Made by a program: the position numbers and the translations under genes
The notes under the pieces: model-generated
Told to the model about the DNA's origin: nothing
Database searches by the model: none
Seen by the model: the letters and a program-made list of their open reading frames with translations, nothing else
Shown here: positions 27,920-37,218 of the stretch, piece after piece
Position numbering within the stretch: position 1 is the first letter of the stretch
How the letters are laid out: every line of letters starts with the position of its first letter
IMG/VR virus record: IMGVR_UViG_3300005293_000039
Span: 10,541-74,540 of that record
Reading direction: 5' to 3' (one strand)
Source: a virus
Length of the DNA stretch: 64,000 nucleotides

Positions 27920-28171
27920 CTAGCTCAAAGCTTTAGTTAATGACGACATACCGAGCGCTGCTGCCATCAATTCTAGTTCAATGGCTTTTTCAGCCAAATC
28001 GTAAATTCTCAGTCTCTTACTACAAACAAGGTCGAAGGCAGTTGCTATCAAATCGCAATTCTCATCGATGCCATAAAACAGACTTGGGCGAACTGAGAAA
28101 TCCCTAGCCGCGACCGATAGTTCCAGAACGCTTTCGGGATCCGCGAGAAACGCTTTTGAGGTCTTGCACCT
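27920..28171 (-). CDS. frameshift extension of tail assembly chaperone (gpT-like)
   Basis: 83 open codons in +1 frame without an early ATG: KAFLADPESVLELSVAARDFSVRPSLFYGID...AFDL. Confidence 0.6.
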   Translation of the reverse strand, partial: RCKTSKAFLADPESVLELSVAARDFSVRPSLFYGIDENCDLIATAFDLVCSKRLRIYDLAEKAIELELMAAALGMSSLTKALS

Positions 28172-28652
28172 TCATGCTCTCACCCCCTTTGAGTTCCACT
28201 TGTGATCCGTCTGCCTGTCCTGTGCCGACTCGAAAGATGAATGTGATGTCACTATCGTCAAGATACGCAGGATCGAGTTCACCCGGCTCACTTGCACCTT
28301 TTACTAACTTAGGCATCACGCAGGCTTGCTGGACCACGCGGGCCATCAGTTCGATGCTACGTCGACTCTCGCGGATCTTCTTTTCAAGTTCGGTATCTTC
28401 AGACCCGTTCTCTTCGTCATCGTCTTTTGTTGGAAGTTCAACCCCTTGCTCGGCCCACGCATTTAATGCGTCCTTTGAGAAAATATCGGGCATTGAGCCG
28501 ACAACCGCATAAGCCACCGCGCCCACGCGTCGGATTAAAAATCGCTCCCCTGTTTCCGGGTTGGTATGCCATTTGGGCGCAACCTTTTCGAGCCGTTCGG
28601 CCTTGCGTTTAAGATACTCCGCCGCGTTCCACTCTTGTTTTTGTTTACTCAT
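28104..28652 (-). CDS. tail assembly chaperone (gpG-like)
   Basis: Between tail tube and TMP. Confidence 0.7.
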   Translation of the reverse strand: MSKQKQEWNAAEYLKRKAERLEKVAPKWHTNPETGERFLIRRVGAVAYAVVGSMPDIFSKDALNAWAEQGVELPTKDDDEENGSEDTELEKKIRESRRSIELMARVVQQACVMPKLVKGASEPGELDPAYLDDSDITFIFRVGTGQADGSQVELKGGESMKVQDLKSVSRGSRKRSGTIGRG

Positions 28653-29521
28653 TAAGGTGCTGGATTAATAACCAGAGTAAAGGATTTTGTTTGAGTCGCT
28701 CCGTTTGAGTCCTCAGCTTGCACAGTAAACGTAGAACTGCCATCCACAGAAGGAGTGCCGGAGATCACGCCCGCCGAACTCAATGTAAGCCCTGCGGGTA
28801 GCGTGCCGGTCGTCACCGTCCACGTATAAGGACTCACGCCACCGGTCGCCGCCAACGTTTCGGAGTAGGCCACGCCGTCGTCGCCTTCAGGCAGAGGTGA
28901 GGCGTTAGTGATCGTTAGGAGAGCTTCAATCACGAATGAACGCCAAACCTGATCGCCGTCATCCCGCGTGTCATCGGACAATCCCTTGATGACCATGTTC
29001 TGTTTGGCGCGTTCTGTCTTTTTGAACACGAGTTTGTATGGAGTGCTGTTATAGCCCTTATGCAGAATTGCGCCGATATAGCCCCCGCTCTTTTCTTTTG
29101 AGATCACAACAACGGGAGCAGGCGAAAGCGATACTCGTGAGCCGCCTGCCGTGACCCTTTTCGTTGTGGTTCCAGTTACGGTGTTTTCGGAGTACTCAAC
29201 GCCTGGCTGTAATGCGGCGAATCGCTGAATATCGACAACTTCAAGCGCGTCGAAGGCGATCTGCGCGTTCCACCCGTCGACGCCAACATCGAAAGGCGCA
29301 TCGATCTCGTCGTAAGTTTCTTCAACAATCGTGGGTTCAGCAGTAAAGTCGTAACCAGCATCTGTGGCTCCGATAAATACCGCGTCGGGATTCTGAGTGG
29401 CATCAGGCACGCCATTCTCATCAACGATCAAGTCCTCATCGAAATCCAGTGACTTGATGTTGTAATAGAGTTTTCCGTGCTTGCGATGAAACTTTTGGGG
29501 ATTTGCGTCACCTAATGCCAT
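28652..29521 (-). CDS. major tail tube protein with C-terminal Ig domain
   Basis: IGATDAG..F; LP.G..GVAYSETLAATGG.SPYTW...LPAGLTLS..GVISGTP. Confidence 0.85.
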   Translation of the reverse strand: MALGDANPQKFHRKHGKLYYNIKSLDFDEDLIVDENGVPDATQNPDAVFIGATDAGYDFTAEPTIVEETYDEIDAPFDVGVDGWNAQIAFDALEVVDIQRFAALQPGVEYSENTVTGTTTKRVTAGGSRVSLSPAPVVVISKEKSGGYIGAILHKGYNSTPYKLVFKKTERAKQNMVIKGLSDDTRDDGDQVWRSFVIEALLTITNASPLPEGDDGVAYSETLAATGGVSPYTWTVTTGTLPAGLTLSSAGVISGTPSVDGSSTFTVQAEDSNGATQTKSFTLVINPAP

Positions 29522-29531
29522 TAGTTTTCTC

Positions 29532-30056
29532 CTATCCTCTTTCGACTTCTCTGTAAGAGATCGTTGCGATTACACTGCCTACCTGAACGTATGTGTTTTC
29601 ACTGTCGTATTGCGGACGCTCGCCATAGCGCTCGCCTTTTACCGTGAGAAGCATTTCTTCTCGGCTGTTCATATTGATACCACGTGTTAGATCCTGATCG
29701 GTCATTTCCGTCAGTACTGACTTAACCATCAGCACGTATATCTCAGTTAATTCAAATAACGCTTCTTGATCTGTGGCTATGGTCTCGACTTCGATTAAGA
29801 GACTTTTGTTTTCGTCATAGTCGCCGCCGTCAGTCACCCTCGGATCGCCGCCGGGAAAGAGAACATTGCAGATCGGATGTTCATCCCGAACAGCACGGGC
29901 AATAAATACATTCGCGAGCGGCGGCAAGGTTCCCGTAATACCTGATTGACTCGCCGCCCAAGCTAATGCTTCGACTTGGTTCGCGAGGATCTCGCTCACG
30001 ATGTTGTCGCGAAACGGCTTGATCGATAGAAAGTTGAACCTCGGTAGCCATGTCAT
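29532..30056 (-). CDS. tail terminator-like
   Basis: Position and size. Confidence 0.55.
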   Translation of the reverse strand: MTWLPRFNFLSIKPFRDNIVSEILANQVEALAWAASQSGITGTLPPLANVFIARAVRDEHPICNVLFPGGDPRVTDGGDYDENKSLLIEVETIATDQEALFELTEIYVLMVKSVLTEMTDQDLTRGINMNSREEMLLTVKGERYGERPQYDSENTYVQVGSVIATISYREVERG

Positions 30057-30514
30057 TTGACTTCAAAGCCTAACGCCTGACTTTCTTCTTTCAATTTATC
30101 TTTCGCTACGTCACCCATGCGCTGGTAATCCTCTTTGTCAAACATAAAGACGGGACGCTTCTTACTTGCGAATCTCGAATAGTGAACCGATGAACCGAGC
30201 AATAATGAATCTCTCCCTTGTGCTGTGTGAATGTTCATCGTCGCATTCTTTTTCATCAGCGAAGTTACCAGTGCAGTAGTGGCTTGCATGATTGGCTTGT
30301 CACCGAACTTTTCAAGCTTTTCTTCTCGATATGCGGGAGTCAACTCCGGCCACTGTCCCCGACCTTCGCTATTAAAGATCTCTTGAACGATCGGATAGAA
30401 CGCACGCTCCGCAACTGTTTCGAGGATCGGTTGAGGCTCTTCAATCTTTCGGGCTAATTGAATTAGCGCTGACTGAATCGAATCTAAGCCAATTACTTCG
30501 ACAGAGAATCTCAC
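30053..30514 (-). CDS. neck / virion morphogenesis protein
   Basis: F.SEG...WPEL...IMQATTAL..S...GSSVHY...RP; start re-set to GTG 30514. Confidence 0.7.
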   Translation of the reverse strand: MRFSVEVIGLDSIQSALIQLARKIEEPQPILETVAERAFYPIVQEIFNSEGRGQWPELTPAYREEKLEKFGDKPIMQATTALVTSLMKKNATMNIHTAQGRDSLLLGSSVHYSRFASKKRPVFMFDKEDYQRMGDVAKDKLKEESQALGFEVK

Positions 30515-30738
30515 CACGGTCCGTCCCTCAAAATAATGTCTCTCATGGGTCCGCCCTTTCGGAAATCCTCCACAACAACATGGATGATGTGCTTCGTATC
30601 TGACATCGTACTCACGGCCTCTGGCCCTTTGAACGGATGCGTATCGGTTATTTGGTACGGCCGACTCGAAACAGTCGCGGCAGCGGTCGTGCCAACAATG
30701 CCCACACCCAGCGCTTTTAGTAGTTCCCTTCGATTCAT
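30511..30738 (-). CDS. small protein with Tat-like leader
   Basis: MNRRELLKALGVGIVGTTAAA; 4-bp overlaps with both neighbours. Confidence 0.6.
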   Translation of the reverse strand: MNRRELLKALGVGIVGTTAAATVSSRPYQITDTHPFKGPEAVSTMSDTKHIIHVVVEDFRKGGPMRDIILRDGPW

Positions 30739-31091
30739 TTGATTGCCCCGGTCTTAATCTCTTTCGTAAAGAAGGTCCACACTCGAGGTTCGCCCTGCGG
30801 CGGATCCTGGCTATCAACCTTGCAGTAGTTCGCTCCCCACCTGAGCCGATTCACTCGAGAGGTCACGTTGGTTGTCAGTCCTGATTGATCACCGACCTCG
30901 ATCTTGAACAACGTCTCAATCTGCCCTCTTAACCGCTCTTCTGAGGGACACCATCCGTCCTCGAGCTCTGCTAACAAAGTCACCCCCCCGGTTAGCTTTT
31001 CAAAGAACTGCAACTTGATATTCCCGAGCTTTAATCGCGCCCGTTTCCGGTCCAGCATTCGCGATGTAAGTCTTGTCCGATCAACAGGCAT
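30735..31091 (-). CDS. head closure protein-like
   Basis: Position, beta-rich, 118 aa. Confidence 0.55.
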   Translation of the reverse strand: MPVDRTRLTSRMLDRKRARLKLGNIKLQFFEKLTGGVTLLAELEDGWCPSEERLRGQIETLFKIEVGDQSGLTTNVTSRVNRLRWGANYCKVDSQDPPQGEPRVWTFFTKEIKTGAIK

Positions 31092-31466
31092 CTAAAAGAC
31101 CGCTGTGTTTTCAATTGCGAAACTATCGGCACCTGATTGAGTCCCGCCTATCGTGATTCCTGAAACCTTTCCTGCCCAGATGTTGCGCATCTCAAGGCAG
31201 TGGTCATAGATCTCATTCTCGTCACCCGCAAATAATTCCACTGCGGCGGCTAATTTCCACTCCCAACCTTGGGCGATCGCGGCGTTAAGTGACTCAAAGG
31301 TGTATGTTTCAACGTATCCGGTTCCCCCCGGACTTACCCCATTAATATCTACCGCCCGCGCAAGGAGAAGCAGTGTCTCTCTTTTGTTTTCCGTAAGCCG
31401 GGGCTCACTGTCCCATTCAAGGCTGAACTCCAGGTAATTCTGCGCTGCTGTGGGATCAATCGGCAT
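31092..31466 (-). CDS. head-tail adaptor
   Basis: P.LT...LL...LNAAIAQGWEWKLA. Confidence 0.65.
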   Translation of the reverse strand: MPIDPTAAQNYLEFSLEWDSEPRLTENKRETLLLLARAVDINGVSPGGTGYVETYTFESLNAAIAQGWEWKLAAAVELFAGDENEIYDHCLEMRNIWAGKVSGITIGGTQSGADSFAIENTAVF

Positions 31467-31470
31467 CGAA

Positions 31471-32091
31471 TTAAAATGTCAACACTGTGGCCCGCACTGT
31501 AGCAGCCGCAGGATCCGCAGTAATGGTTCCGGTTACGTTGCAGCGTCTTACGCTTACAGTTCCATTAGCACTGACCCAGCCAAAGAACGTTGTACTCTCC
31601 GTAGCCCCATCGACATCAGCCAATGCGTCTGGTATTCCAAGCGACACGGAACTGCCGGTAGTTGAATTTGTGACCGGGATTGTCAGTGTCTCGCAGGAAT
31701 TCGCTGCCAGCGCAGTGAAATCAAGAGATGCGGTTCCTGAGGTGAGTCTTAAGAGTGTTCCATTGCCCGAGCCAACTGAGAGTCCGCCGGCTGCGGTTGT
31801 AACGCCTGTTACGCCTAACGTTGTACTGACTGTCTCGGCTCCCGTTATTGACGTCGCTCCCGTGATTCCGGTTGCGCCAGTGATTGTGGTGGCACCCGTG
31901 ATCGAGGTTGCGCCAACTACGTTTGTTGGCCCTGTAATGGTAGTTGCCTGTCCGGTCTGGGGCGTGATAACAACCCCTCCAGATCCGGTGATATCAATCA
32001 GCCCGCCGTGCTTTCTGAGCCGCTGGCCTATGACGGTTACAGAGCCGGTCAGAAGTAGCAGGGAAGTAATAAGTATCAGAGTACGTTTCAT
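31471..32091 (-). CDS. signal-peptide protein with ITGATx repeats (head-fibre position)
   Basis: MKRTLILITSLLLLTG leader; 6-aa repeats; beta-rich C-domain. Confidence 0.7.
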   Translation of the reverse strand: MKRTLILITSLLLLTGSVTVIGQRLRKHGGLIDITGSGGVVITPQTGQATTITGPTNVVGATSITGATTITGATGITGATSITGAETVSTTLGVTGVTTAAGGLSVGSGNGTLLRLTSGTASLDFTALAANSCETLTIPVTNSTTGSSVSLGIPDALADVDGATESTTFFGWVSANGTVSVRRCNVTGTITADPAAATVRATVLTF

Positions 32092-32295
32092 TTACTTCTC
32101 CTTCTTTGCGGACTTGCTTTTATCTTCGGGCTCTGGAGCCGTCCCAGACCATTTGCCCTCGATGTAGCCCTTAGCTGTCAACCGTTTGACTTCGGATGAA
32201 CTAAGTAGAGCATCAAGCTCATCTTCTTTGCCTGATACGTAGGTTGTTCCTCCTACGACGACGCCGCGAATGATTTTGCGATCACTGTTTGCCAT
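32092..32295 (-). CDS. small head-associated protein
   Basis: Directly after capsid gene. Confidence 0.6.
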   Translation of the reverse strand: MANSDRKIIRGVVVGGTTYVSGKEDELDALLSSSEVKRLTAKGYIEGKWSGTAPEPEDKSKSAKKEK

Positions 32296-32312
32296 TTACC
32301 TTTAATCCTCCG

Positions 32313-33368
32313 TTATACGCCCGCATCGATAACCCATACTTTCGACTCATCCGGAACTGGCATGGCGTTCAGTTGCGCTTCGACCTCTAATTCGCGTGCG
32401 GCATTTTCAGTGTGGTGAAAGATCGTTACCCCGCGCACATCGATCGAGGCCTCGGGAACCTGAGTGCTCAATTCCATAGCTCGGACGACAGGCGCGAACG
32501 CGGCCCTGCCAACGGCCCTACCAGCAGGAATGAACGCAACTTGTTCTGCGGGCCACACCTTTGTTCGGGTGACAGCGGTGCCGCCATCGGTGAACACGTC
32601 CACCGAGTTTTCGTTGATGAAAAACTGAAACGGACCGCCAAGATCCTGTTGAATGCGATCTGTAAGTTGCGAACGCGACATCTTGACACCATTCGGAAGA
32701 TCAGGAGCGTCCGCGAGAATTTCCTTGTAAGTCGCGAGGCGCATCATTGCTCCCTCGCCAGGACCGGATGCCTCTACGCCATCCTCAAACCACTGGATAA
32801 ACGCGTCGTAAGCATTTGGTGCCGCTGCCCACGTCGGCGAGGCCGTTGCTAAACGGGCCGCATCGAAGCCGAAAGACACAGTGAAGGTCTGTGCGGCGTT
32901 CTGCGGGTTTCGCTGCACGATCATTCCGGTGGTCCACGCCGACATCGAATCCAGCTCTAAGCGACGATAGTCTGAGATCGCCAAACGATCTGTACGATCT
33001 GGAAGACGGACACCGATCACCTGTTCGATGATGGCCTGATTAACACCGAAGGTGCCCTCCATTAAGTACTGCATTTCGAGTTCGTCGATCTTGTCGTATG
33101 CCTCAATCGGCACCATGACCAGCTTGCGTTGTGCGGGCGTTAGCTTTGGAATCAAACGACCACGAGCCCCCCACTCACGCCGATCTGCCGCAGGCCGATC
33201 ATCAAGAGTATTAATCTCGCTCAGTCTTATTGAGTCAACGTCTTCTCGTGGGAAGAAAATATCCCAAAGAAGCCTTCCGTTGTCGTTTGGGGAAAGCGTT
33301 TGTGCCCTTACCGTCAGGGCCGCAGGACTCAATGTTTCAACTTGAGCCATCCATGAAAAATCAGCCAT
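32313..33368 (-). CDS. major capsid protein (gpE-like)
   Basis: 351 aa, FFP, RRLE, ...AMPV; follows decoration gene. Confidence 0.85.
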   Translation of the reverse strand: MADFSWMAQVETLSPAALTVRAQTLSPNDNGRLLWDIFFPREDVDSIRLSEINTLDDRPAADRREWGARGRLIPKLTPAQRKLVMVPIEAYDKIDELEMQYLMEGTFGVNQAIIEQVIGVRLPDRTDRLAISDYRRLELDSMSAWTTGMIVQRNPQNAAQTFTVSFGFDAARLATASPTWAAAPNAYDAFIQWFEDGVEASGPGEGAMMRLATYKEILADAPDLPNGVKMSRSQLTDRIQQDLGGPFQFFINENSVDVFTDGGTAVTRTKVWPAEQVAFIPAGRAVGRAAFAPVVRAMELSTQVPEASIDVRGVTIFHHTENAARELEVEAQLNAMPVPDESKVWVIDAGV

Positions 33369-33422
33369 CGTTATTCTCCTAAGCTAATAGTTGCGATCCT
33401 TTAATCGGTTCTCCAGAGGGAC

Positions 33423-33833
33423 TTAAGTCGCCGATAGTGCGATCTTTGATCCCGCCGCATCGAATCCCGCAATCTCATTTGCCGTAAGCGCGCGGCCCAG
33501 ATTGTCTTCAATCACATCGCGGTTGACGTGACCAATTGTATTGACCGTTATAATCGGATCCGCAGTGACGGCCGCCAACGTTGTGTTGGTAGGATTAGCC
33601 GGAACTATCTTCTGCGCTTCAAAGGTTACGCCGTAGACAAATGCTGGTGACGCGCCTACGAGGACGCCGGTTTTTGTCAATGGCACTCCCGGTTTCAGAT
33701 AGCCGAATTGATCGACTTCATTGGTAGTCAATCCTGAGACATCGACCGTGATCTGAGCCGGATGATTTACGCCGCCGATAAAGGGGTTGCTATTCGTCAT
33801 CCCCCCGGCCGTTTTTTCTACTAACATAGGCAT
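33423..33833 (-). CDS. head decoration protein
   Basis: YLKPGVPL...G; precedes MCP. Confidence 0.75.
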   Translation of the reverse strand: MPMLVEKTAGGMTNSNPFIGGVNHPAQITVDVSGLTTNEVDQFGYLKPGVPLTKTGVLVGASPAFVYGVTFEAQKIVPANPTNTTLAAVTADPIITVNTIGHVNRDVIEDNLGRALTANEIAGFDAAGSKIALSAT

Positions 33834-33845
33834 AATCGATTTCTC

Positions 33846-34649
33846 CTATTGAGCTGTAGACATATGCAGTCGCTTTTCCAGCGGTTCTGTAACGATCTGT
33901 TGCTTTTGCTTCTCTTCCGCTTTCTTGCGGATTTGGTCGTAAATGTTCGTGCCGGAAGAGCCGCCATCTGCCCTTTGGCTGGGTACTCTTGTTCCAGTCG
34001 GAACCGCGTCATCGGTAAGCGGGATTCCGAGATCCTTCCAATGATTGTCGGAGTACTCAGACAACGTCACCCACTTGTTGTTGTCCTTGACGTGCCATTC
34101 TTTTTTGGATGTGGTCTTCCCGTTTTCCGTGACCGTGACGTCGCGTTCTTCGTAAGTAAGACCGCCCGCATCTTTGTCCAAGAGCTGAAGGCGTTTCAGG
34201 TTCAGCTTCTTGCCGCCGATTCCAGACTCTGCGACTTGTTGTAATTGCTGCGCTTTTTTCAGCGAAGCGTTCTCAGTTTCCAGAGTTGGCAAAGCCGTAA
34301 GCTTCGTCTTAATACTTTCGACCTTCGCCTTCATGTCCGCGCCTTCACCCAACTCTTTTACTGAATCCAATAACTTGGCTTCGTCGGCCGGGATCGCAAC
34401 GTGGCCACTTGGAAGTGTGGGTTGATTCTCTGCCGCTGTTTTCAATCGCGTGACTTCCGCTTCTGCGGTAGCCGCTCGCGTGTTGGCTGCTTTTACCTCG
34501 TTCTTCTTTTCTTCTGCCAGTGTGGTGTTTTGCGCCTGCACTGGATGCTCACCATCCAACTCAAGGACGTAGCGATCACCGATCTTTTTGTAGTGCTGAC
34601 GATCTCCTTCTGGAATTTCGTCAATCGTTTTGTAGGTTGATTTCAACAT
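33846..34649 (-). CDS. capsid scaffolding protein
   Basis: MLK..Y..IDEIPE..RQHY......YVL; coiled coil. Confidence 0.7.
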   Translation of the reverse strand: MLKSTYKTIDEIPEGDRQHYKKIGDRYVLELDGEHPVQAQNTTLAEEKKNEVKAANTRAATAEAEVTRLKTAAENQPTLPSGHVAIPADEAKLLDSVKELGEGADMKAKVESIKTKLTALPTLETENASLKKAQQLQQVAESGIGGKKLNLKRLQLLDKDAGGLTYEERDVTVTENGKTTSKKEWHVKDNNKWVTLSEYSDNHWKDLGIPLTDDAVPTGTRVPSQRADGGSSGTNIYDQIRKKAEEKQKQQIVTEPLEKRLHMSTAQ

Positions 34650-34996
34650 GTGAACTTCTGTTCTCCTGTTGTGTCTTGGATCTCCGAGACGGGTTGTTCG
34701 ACTCGGGACGCAATGGTGCCCGCTGGTACTGCGTCCCAATCGACGTAGTCAATGCAGTCTGGCGGCGTGGCGCTGAGGTAAACAGGCTGGAGCGGTTGAT
34801 TGAACGTATTCACCGCCAGATAAATGTAGCCCTGCTCAGTGACCAGCCGCTTTTCTTCGTCGGTCAGCTCCCAGCGAGTCAGGATCTTGCCGTTGACGCA
34901 CTTAAACGCGGGCAAAGGCTGGTATTCTGGCTGATCTGCCGCATACACAACCTCATCCATTAGGACTCCTGGAATTACCGGACTTACTGGTTTCAT
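34643..34996 (-). CDS. conserved hypothetical protein
   Basis: YAADQPEYQPLPA...WELTDEE...TFNQPLQP. Confidence 0.65.
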   Translation of the reverse strand: MKPVSPVIPGVLMDEVVYAADQPEYQPLPAFKCVNGKILTRWELTDEEKRLVTEQGYIYLAVNTFNQPLQPVYLSATPPDCIDYVDWDAVPAGTIASRVEQPVSEIQDTTGEQKFTC

Positions 34997-35041
34997 AAAG
35001 CCTTCTGGCTTCCTTTCTCGCTTCTGCGAGCAAAAACAGAA

Positions 35042-35079
35042 ACGCCTCGCAAAGACCATTGCTGATCTCTGCGAGGCGC
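35042..35079 (-). promoter_or_regulatory. 17-bp hairpin with GCAA tetraloop and U-rich tail
   Basis: GCGCCTCGCAGAGATCA-GCAA-TGGTCTTTGCGAGGCGT then TTCTGTTTTT. Confidence 0.65.
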
Positions 35080-35176
35080 ATCACTTCTCGATTTGTACGG
35101 CTCTAAAGCCGCAACTGCCTAGATTTCAAAACTAAACTCGGGGAGAGAATAGCACACGCGCCGAGTTATATATTTT

Positions 35177-35416
35177 TCACTCCGCAACCATGTAGTGCCG
35201 CACACTGCGATTTTCTATCCAAACAAGTGCGTCCATGACTGGCTGAACCTTCATCAGGTGCTCACGATGTAACGCCGAAAGCTCGCGATCCGAAAGACGG
35301 ATACTTCCGCGCGGCTGCATTCTGCTGCGAGTCTCCTGCTCCATGTCCCGTAAAATGCGCAGAAACGGTTCGCGCGCCTTTAAGGTTTCAGGTGAATCCA
35401 AGATCGTGATTTGCAT
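35177..35416 (-). CDS. hypothetical protein
   Basis: GAGG RBS. Confidence 0.5.
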   Translation of the reverse strand: MQITILDSPETLKAREPFLRILRDMEQETRSRMQPRGSIRLSDRELSALHREHLMKVQPVMDALVWIENRSVRHYMVAE

Positions 35417-35419
35417 ATC

Positions 35420-35764
35420 TCAAACCTCAGGCGCGTTTACCATTCGAATGAAGGTAAGGTATTGCTCGGCAATCCCCTTGACCCACGACGCGTTGTAAAA
35501 CCCTTGGCGCTCAATCTCCGTATCGTTTGGATCTGCGGAAAGGCAATAAAGTGGGGTTTGGTCACAGTCTCGTGCGTGATGAACAACCCAAAGACGAACG
35601 CCGTTATTGAATTCCACTAAAGTGCCAATCGAATACTTATGAGTCTTCGCGGCGTCTTGACCCGGATTGCTGTTAGGTAGCATAAGCATCGCGCCCGTCG
35701 GCAGCAAGTCGTTTACGGTTATCTCAAACGGCGGCTTCGGTTCGTTTTCCACGTTTTGAATCAT
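35420..35764 (-). CDS. hypothetical protein
   Basis: HKYSIGTLVE...RDCDQTPLY. Confidence 0.55.
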   Translation of the reverse strand: MIQNVENEPKPPFEITVNDLLPTGAMLMLPNSNPGQDAAKTHKYSIGTLVEFNNGVRLWVVHHARDCDQTPLYCLSADPNDTEIERQGFYNASWVKGIAEQYLTFIRMVNAPEV

Positions 35765-36007
35765 ACCAGAGAGGCGGGGACCGGCACAGATGCCGTAGCT
35801 TTTACTCTGCGTTTTATTGCCTCGTTCTCTGACATACGTTTGCACTTATAGCAGAGAGGTTCAGGGAATAGTAGTAGCCACGAATGCCTCCGAAGATGGT
35901 CACGAATCAGCGTCTTAATGTACGGTGTTATGGGTAGCCCGCCGTCAAATGAGTAGTGGCGAATAAGTCTGCGCAGGTATCTGAACTGAGAATGTTTCAC
36001 TGTTGAA

Positions 36008-36196
36008 TTATACAGAATACACAGGCACCGGAACCATCTGTTTTACCGGCCTCCACGTTATTTGTCGCCCGCACTTTGAGCACTGCATCTTTACTGGTTG
36101 ACTAATCTTGACCACATCAAGAGACAAAACCCTATCAGACGATTCGCCCAATTGGTTCTTACAGTGACGACAGAGGTAGGGCTTTGAATTCAGCAT
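36008..36196 (-). CDS. Com-like zinc-ribbon protein
   Basis: CRHCKNQL...MQCSKCG, 62 aa. Confidence 0.55.
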   Translation of the reverse strand: MLNSKPYLCRHCKNQLGESSDRVLSLDVVKISQPVKMQCSKCGRQITWRPVKQMVPVPVYSV

Positions 36197-36364
36197 GGCT
36201 ACGTCGATTTCAACTCTCGCACGCGACGCTCAAACTCGCGGCGCTCTCTCAGCGTCCAAAGGTGTCCAGCATTGGCCAACGCTAACCCATAGCCGTCAAG
36301 GCGCGGCAAAGTCCTTATTCTCCGTATCGTAGCAATGATTGCTGGGGTTGATAAATACATGCGA

Positions 36365-36844
36365 TCATCTGTCTTTCGTGCTTGATAGATCCTCGTACAG
36401 GCCCAACTCGTAGCACTTCTGCGTGAATTGCCGGCACATCACGCCCAACGCATAACAGAAGCGTTCTTCCGGGCCGTCATGCTCCATAACCGCCAGTCTC
36501 GCGCCCTCACTAAAGCTCTTATCGGTTGCTTGCTCAAGTCTAATCTTACGTCGCTCAGCAAATGCGAAGGCTGCGTGGGTTAACTCATGCGACACGATCT
36601 CTATGCCAAGTCGATTTCTGTTAAAGTTAGCCTCCGCAAATAGTCCAGTCTTTCGCATACGCCCCTTCGCTGGAACCTGATACGCAATGCGGCCACCGCA
36701 GCATGCCTCATAGTTGTGTCCGGGCAATCGTGTGTGCGCGTGCATTGCCTTTTTGTTAGGCCAGATATTGATTTCAGCGTAGAGAAATGTTCCTTCGGGG
36801 TAAAGTCGAAACGTGATCGGCTTTGCATGACGCTTCTTACTCAT
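36365..36844 (-). CDS. HExxH metalloprotein
   Basis: IVSHELTHAA...EERFCY. Confidence 0.6.
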   Translation of the reverse strand: MSKKRHAKPITFRLYPEGTFLYAEINIWPNKKAMHAHTRLPGHNYEACCGGRIAYQVPAKGRMRKTGLFAEANFNRNRLGIEIVSHELTHAAFAFAERRKIRLEQATDKSFSEGARLAVMEHDGPEERFCYALGVMCRQFTQKCYELGLYEDLSSTKDR

Positions 36845-37209
36845 TTCTTTCGCTTCCGAGCAAGTCCCGCCCTCTTTAGCGCAATCGCTACCTTCTGCTT
36901 CTTCGGCATTGACGCGTTCTCTTGGTTCAACTTGCGGATAACCTTACTGACAACCTTCTGTCGTGCCTTTTTCTTCGATCCTTTTCTGGCTTTTGGTAAT
37001 GGCATTGCAGCGTATCGCCTAGCCGCTGACGTTGCGCGATTGTCACGCCGCATCGCGATACCAAGTCTGTTGTTTGCCTCAATTGCAAATGACATCAGAT
37101 GAACCAGCCCGCAGTCACAGCACATAAGCTTTAATAACTCAAACGAGCGTCTCCCGGCCCTATTCAGTTCAATTGCGTCTACGTCAACTCCGATGCGAGG
37201 ATATCTCAT
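36841..37209 (-). CDS. basic protein with CCDCGLVH motif
   Basis: Cys motif plus Lys/Arg-rich tail. Confidence 0.55.
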   Translation of the reverse strand: MRYPRIGVDVDAIELNRAGRRSFELLKLMCCDCGLVHLMSFAIEANNRLGIAMRRDNRATSAARRYAAMPLPKARKGSKKKARQKVVSKVIRKLNQENASMPKKQKVAIALKRAGLARKRKK

Positions 37210-37218
37210 AGCCGAATC

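Noticed and set aside
30515-30817. 5' extension of the 254-aa neck ORF
   Set aside because: Overlaps two better genes; GTG 30514 gives a 4-bp coupled start
31487-32167. 226-aa + strand ORF with VAPV repeats
   Set aside because: Mirror of the ITGAT repeats on the coding strand
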